Shown here one piece after another: positions 59,001 to 64,000 of a stretch of DNA of 64,000 nt (its first letter is position 1; the number at the start of each line of letters is the position of its first letter). The notes under the pieces were generated by a model that was given only the letters and a program-made list of their open reading frames with translations, did no database searches and was not told where the DNA came from. Source of the stretch: Schmidtea nova (taxonomy: Eukaryota); assembly GCA_044892505.1 (NCBI GenBank), contig CM097883.1:101060001-101124000 (forward strand), in the 5' to 3' direction. Position numbers and translations under genes: made by a program.

Positions 59001-60693
59001 AACACTATAATATTTATCATTTTCTTTTTTGTTCAGGATTTTTGAAGTGACAACACAAGAAAAAACAAATATTAAAGGCTCATCATAAGTACGGAATAGG
59101 ATCGTACAATACGCGCACGTTATCTTTTTCCCTAACGTACGGTAGAACTCTGATATAAATACCGCATTTCTATATTATGGTTTTGAATTTTATTAAATAA
59201 ATATTTCAATATCATGTCGTCATCTAACATCAATTATTGTTTTAATTTTAATTTATCATAGATATCATCTTTGACACATAAACAAAAACTTTTTTTTTAA
59301 TTTCTGTTGCACAGTGTTCTATAGCTTCTTGAACTGATTATACTTACGATTTGCATTTAATTTTTATACCCGGAATAAATACACAGTAAATCAGAAATTT
59401 ATTGTCATAATTTTTTAAATTTAATTCTATTTTTATTTTATTCTATTACAGATGCATTGTATTTATTCCGCAAATTTATTTTTACATATTCATTTTATAT
59501 TAACATGAAATCTAATCATTTATTTTCTCTAGGAGATTTTACAAATATTTAAACCAATTCTTTAATTTCCTCACTTTTGCATAAATCCTATTCATACTTT
59601 TCGATACATAATTTAATCAAAATCTTGAAATTACATTCACAAAATAATAAAAGGCTGGAACAATAATTGTTCATGTAAATCTGTGGAAGAAAGTACTGTC
59701 GGAAGATATGACGCGAAATCAATTGATATCGAAACTAAAATAAAGACGGAGAAGAAGCAGCGAAGAAAAGATTTACAAAAAGTCCAGCTCCACTGAACTA
59801 TATCAACAAAGTTTTATTGATTTCAACACTAATGATGTTAAATGTTTTATGTACGAGTGCAGTACGAGTCTTTCCATTGTATGCAACGCAAAAATCCCAT
59901 TAATAGAAAATATTGACATACATGCGACATGTACTCAGATCGTATGGGTTTATTATTGTGAAAGGGCAGAGGAAGTTTAAATAAATAATTTACTAAATTA
60001 TTTTGAAAACCCAATAAAACTGAATTATAATAATACATCCACGTTGCACGTCATTTGACAATGAATTATAAATATCAGTGGTTGATAACACATTTAAGTT
60101 CTAATGAGAACACTACAAAATTATATAATATTGTACGTCTTGATGTTTGGACAAAAAGGTTAAAGAATCGTGTTCTGATTGAATCCGTTGTAAACGGAAT
60201 TTATATACAGTGGGAACCCCGAGAATCCGAACATGTAAAAACTGTTTTCCAGAATTATACTATAGACACATTTAATAACAGGAAACCCTTTATAAACCGT
60301 AATCGATCAGTTCGTCGATCGTCATTTCGTCGAAGTTCATTTCGCCGAATTCATTTGGTCGAAAGTTAATTTAGTCGAAGTTCATTTCGTGTAAGATCAA
60401 TTGGTCGAAACACAAACAATTCGAAAAACTCATCTCAGTTATGAAATTGTAATACCACAGGAATTTGGTTTAGTCGTACTAATGACAACAAGTAAATTGA
60501 TGTATTATTAAATTAAGTATTTGTGATTACCGAACCCAATTTCCATTCTCATTAAATAGATTTTATTTAAGATTTTAAGAAATTCGTAAATACACTGACA
60601 TCTCAGTAATGAGATTGCTTGAATTTTTCTATATCCTCGTAAAATAGAAAAATAGATTTTATTTAAAATATTATGGAGATATTATTTTTTACT

Positions 60694-60751
<58 letters not shown>

Positions 60752-61545
60752 CAATAATTCTCATAATGACTATAGATCAAAATTTTTTTTTATAAACAAT
60801 AACACAATATTTCGGCACAGCCTTTATCAAGTGTGTATTTCTATCGTTATATTTACTTAATCCTAAATAGTAGCCTTAATTATTTTTTTAATATTTTATA
60901 ATGATTTTATTGGATAAAAAAATTTATTTTATTTTAATTTTTTTGTGCGAATTGAATGTTGATGGACGGTTTGTATTTTTTTATGAAAAAAGTCTCGGAA
61001 GCTAATCTTTCATTACAAAGATTAGCTTCCGAGACTTTTTTCATAAAAAAATACAAACCGTCCATCAACATTCAATTCGCACAAAAAAATTAAAATAAAA
61101 TAAATTTTTTTATCCAATAAAATCATTATAAAATATTAAAAAAATAATTAAGGCTACTATTTAGGATTAAGTAAATATAACGATAGAAATACACACTTGA
61201 TAAAGGCTGTGCCGAAATATTGTGTTATTGTTTATAAAAAAAAATTTTGATCTATAGTCATTATGAGAATTATTGATAATAATAATAAAAAAAGATCAAA
61301 GGTNNNNNNNNNNNNNNNNNNNNNNNNNNNNNNNNNNNNNNNNNNNNNNNNNNNNNNNNNNNNNNNNNNNNNNNNNNNNNNNNNNNNNNNNNNNNNNNNN
61401 NNNNNNNNNNNNNNNNNNNNNNNNNNNNNNNNNNNNNNNNNNNNNNNNNNNNNNNNNNNNNNNNNNNTCGGTATAAGTGTTATAATTATTATTATTAAAT
61501 AGCGTAATATAAGATAATTATAATAATAATATATTATTTTTTACT

Positions 61546-61600
<55 letters not shown>

Positions 61601-64000
61601 GGTGTCACTGCAAGGCAGTAGACCGTGCCCATTGGGCGTATATAAAATAAATAAATAATATACAGGTTCGAGATCGAATCTAAATTAAAGGGGGAGGTGT
61701 GTTAGGGTTTTAATAAAATTAGTCAAATACAAAAATAAAAACTATAAATACTTTGTAAAATTCAATAAAAATATAAAATTTTGAAAATTAATTAAAACTT
61801 TAGAAAATTTGAAAATAAAGATTTAGCGGGGAAAATTGGTATGGGTGTATGCCGAAAATTGAGACGAATCCAAAAATGATAAAATTAAATTAAGGGGGGG
61901 GGTCCGCAGAAGAAATGAATTAATAAATTAATTAAGATATTAATTGGCTAATGGGAAACCCGAGCCAATAGAGAACCCGAATAGTGTGGGAAGCCCGGAT
62001 GAGCAGTAAGACAGATAATTATCCCCGAGAAAATTGGTGGTTAAGTAAACCCGACAAACACAATTGACGCAGGGATAGTTGGTAGTTTTAGTTAATTAGG
62101 AATTGTCTTCACAGCGTACCAGAAAGGGCCATCTTTCTTATCCCTACGTTAACTTGAAAAGCAGTTACAATAGTTCCAAAATAATTTTTTTTACAGAGAC
62201 TTGGTGTTGTCAGAAAGTGTTTCAAACATTTGTGTTCATTCTAGTTTCGAATTAATTATACTGTGTTGGGTTATTTTCTTGAATCAACCTTAAGAACACC
62301 AAGGAGTCAGACAAACAGTACCGACTTATAGAATAATAACCCAACAAGACTATCAAAATCGTGTACCAATTGATAATGGAATTAAAATATATAATAGCTC
62401 CTAAAGCTATCAAAGCAGATAAGGAGAAAATAATTCACAGACCTCAAGAAAGCTACAGCATCTATATCTATAAGGTACTGCGAGAAGTCCATATCCATAT
62501 GGGAATTTCTTGGAAAGCTCAATCAATCATGGACAGTTTCGTTAATGATGTTTTTGAACGAATATCAACTGAAGCTAGAAAGTTGGCAATTTACAACAAA
62601 AGGTCAACTATGGCTAGCAAAGAGATTAAAAATGATGTTAGATTGGTGTTGTATGTGAACAATATCAATAAAATATTTTACGAAATTAAAATATATTGCA
62701 TATATTATTTCATTAAAAACTAATAAAATTAACTGGTTTTTACTTTAATAAACCAGCTTGCAAATCATAATTATAAGTGTTTAATTTCCAAAATTCACTT
62801 TACTTTCATATTCTATCTCATTCTCTACAGAAGCAGATGAAGTTTCTTGGAGACCCTGGCGGTATTATTGAAAATGACCCATATTATTAGACTAATTTCA
62901 TTTACCAACTTTACCAACATACGTAGTGTGTTTTAAATGCAAGTAACACATTTTGATATTTAATAAAAAAATATTATTAATGTACATATCTAATTAATTA
63001 TCACAAGTTATTTATTTTTTCTTGAATATCCATTTTCTGTTCATTTGTATAAAAATATGTTCAAATGTTTTTTCGAAATTTATCAATAATTCAAAAGATT
63101 TGGTATAGAAAAGTCTGAATTGTTTTAAAAAATATGTTCACCCTGTGAAATGTTTTATTCAAATTTTCAACTTAAAAAATTAATTAATTATGATACTAAG
63201 ACAACGACATCGTTCGTTTATATTTTCCAATGTGTCTACATAGACATTTACAAATAAAAACCCTGACAGTCAATATGAACTAACAAAATTAATTTATTTG
63301 CACGTTTTGAAGTGCAAATAACTTATATCTTCATCAGTGTGAAATACTTATTTCTTGTTGTCACTGATAACTGACCCAATCAGCTATAGCACAATCTTAT
63401 GCAATTTTCCAATATTTGTATTTATTATCCTCATAATATATCACGTTATTTGAAAATGGTAGTGTGCAAATAAGATAACCTTTTAAATAATTTTACCATT
63501 TCGATTAATTAGTATAATTGTGATGAATTAATGTATTTATCGTGCAGATCTCTAAGCCTTATTACAAGGTGCTGCACTGTTCCTATAATCCGAGATAAGT
63601 ACTGATTCGTTGATTATTCTAAATTTGGCAATCATTGGCAAACAATAAGATTTTGATTTATTAATTGCTATTTTTATGGACTGTCAAATTTTTCTCATCC
63701 TGGTTTATTAAAAAGTAAAATTATTTGTGATTGATACAATTTGGCTAGCATGTTATAACTAACGATATCGTTTTTGTTATTTTGTCCGCATCTTGCTCTA
63801 TTTGACGTTTAATTAGTTGCTCAAGTTTTCACCGATAGTCTAATTTGCATTTTCCGCATATCTTGTAATCGCCACCAAATTAGATAAAAATTTAATTTGT
63901 GTTAGCATGTTAATAACATATGGTGTAATGTTTTCAGGGACGTATTGCTTGCTGTAACGTATTGAGTGATTTGTATGCTATGGGAGTCGAATCTTGTGAC
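53022..64000 (+). CDS. SEPHS2: Selenophosphate synthetase paralogue, copy B (partial, continues beyond the window); in-frame TGA at 53112-53114
   Basis: Exons 53022-53223, 53272-53375 and 63938->64000 (TTTTCAG|GGA CGT ATT GCT... = [21 protein letters not shown]). Same exon phases as copy A. Confidence 0.85.
53880..54035. repeat. 21-bp subterminal tandem repeats of the Tc1-like element
   Basis: TCAACATTTTATTGTTCAAAG x ~7. Confidence 0.9.
54088..54337. mobile_element. hAT-type MITE nested in the Tc1-like element
   Basis: TIR CAGGGCTC(C/T)ACTT; 8-bp TSD GTTAAATC. Confidence 0.9.
55583..58676 (+). mobile_element. 3094-bp TG..CA insertion with 4-bp TSD, no LTR pair and no transposase/RT
   Basis: AAAT|TGTTGG...CCAGCA|AAAT. 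Removing it restores the Tc1 right-end 21-bp repeat run (AAAATGTTGAAAT-TGAATGGT-AAAATGTTGAATTTG...). TATA box at 55964-55977, AATAAA near 56094. Confidence 0.75.
57715..58272 (+). pseudogene. Coiled-coil/basic ORF homologous to 41723-42403, with one in-frame TAA (57982-57984)
   Basis: ORFs 57715-57984 and 58024-58272 are in one frame. WFNPER~WFSPDQ, KLEL..YLK~KMEL..CLK, LIR.T..W and LGAKRRR~MGARQRR are conserved. Confidence 0.7.
58763..59150. mobile_element. Probable MITE
   Basis: Imperfect TIR AGTTC(G/T)ACCGTACG with CGTAC-rich subterminal repeats; no TSD confirmed. Confidence 0.45.
60296..60420. repeat. Degenerate ~15-bp tandem repeat (TCATTTCGTCGAAGT)
   Basis: About 7 degenerate units; resembles DNA-transposon subterminal repeats. 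Confidence 0.6.
60739..61288. repeat. Apparently perfect palindrome, ~272-bp arms, 6-nt loop (CATTAC, 61011-61016)
   Basis: Arms read as exact reverse complements. Begins in a (TTA)n tract and ends 15 bp before a gap. Confidence 0.9.
62376..62650 (+). pseudogene. H2B: Histone H2B fragment, C-terminally truncated and diverged, inside intron 2 of SPS copy B
   Basis: [53 protein letters not shown]...VRLVL. Lacks PGELAKHAVSEGTKAV; no continuing exon found. Confidence 0.85.

Overview
Very AT-rich eukaryotic (animal-like) scaffold with five N-gaps. Most introns are 40-51 bp, and a few are multi-kb and filled with transposable elements (TEs). Four host genes can be reconstructed by splicing. (1) Axonemal dynein intermediate chain DNAI2 (minus strand, 4 exons). 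(2) Tryptophan 2,3-dioxygenase TDO2 (plus strand, 12 exons, 6768-25235), head-to-head with DNAI2. (3, 4) Two divergently oriented selenophosphate synthetase 2 paralogues, both with an in-frame TGA (Sec) in LKG-U-GCK. The minus copy is complete, with an SRE hairpin and a GUGA-type SECIS. The plus copy runs off the window end. The pair shows a near-identical 5' block but a synonymously diverged exon 3, suggesting gene conversion. TDO2 intron 8 holds two LTR elements. The first is an intact, very small (3565 bp) Mag-like Ty3/Gypsy with identical 91-bp LTRs, a -1 frameshift pseudoknot, and a PBS complementary to the 5' end of tRNA-Lys(UUU). The second is a pol-less CsRn1-like element whose Gag starts with a 76-aa ubiquitin-like domain ending in GG and frameshifts into a Thr/Pro-rich tail. 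A family of TG..CA elements encoding an unassigned coiled-coil/basic protein occurs two, possibly three, times. The remainder is DNA-transposon relics (Tigger, piggyBac, Tc1-like, Ginger-like, hAT MITEs), a Polinton-type polB fossil, an H2B fragment and simple repeats. The compact introns plus ciliary genes fit a small-genome ciliated invertebrate (e.g. an orthonectid), but the species cannot be established from sequence alone. All family assignments are from motif recognition by eye; no database search was run.
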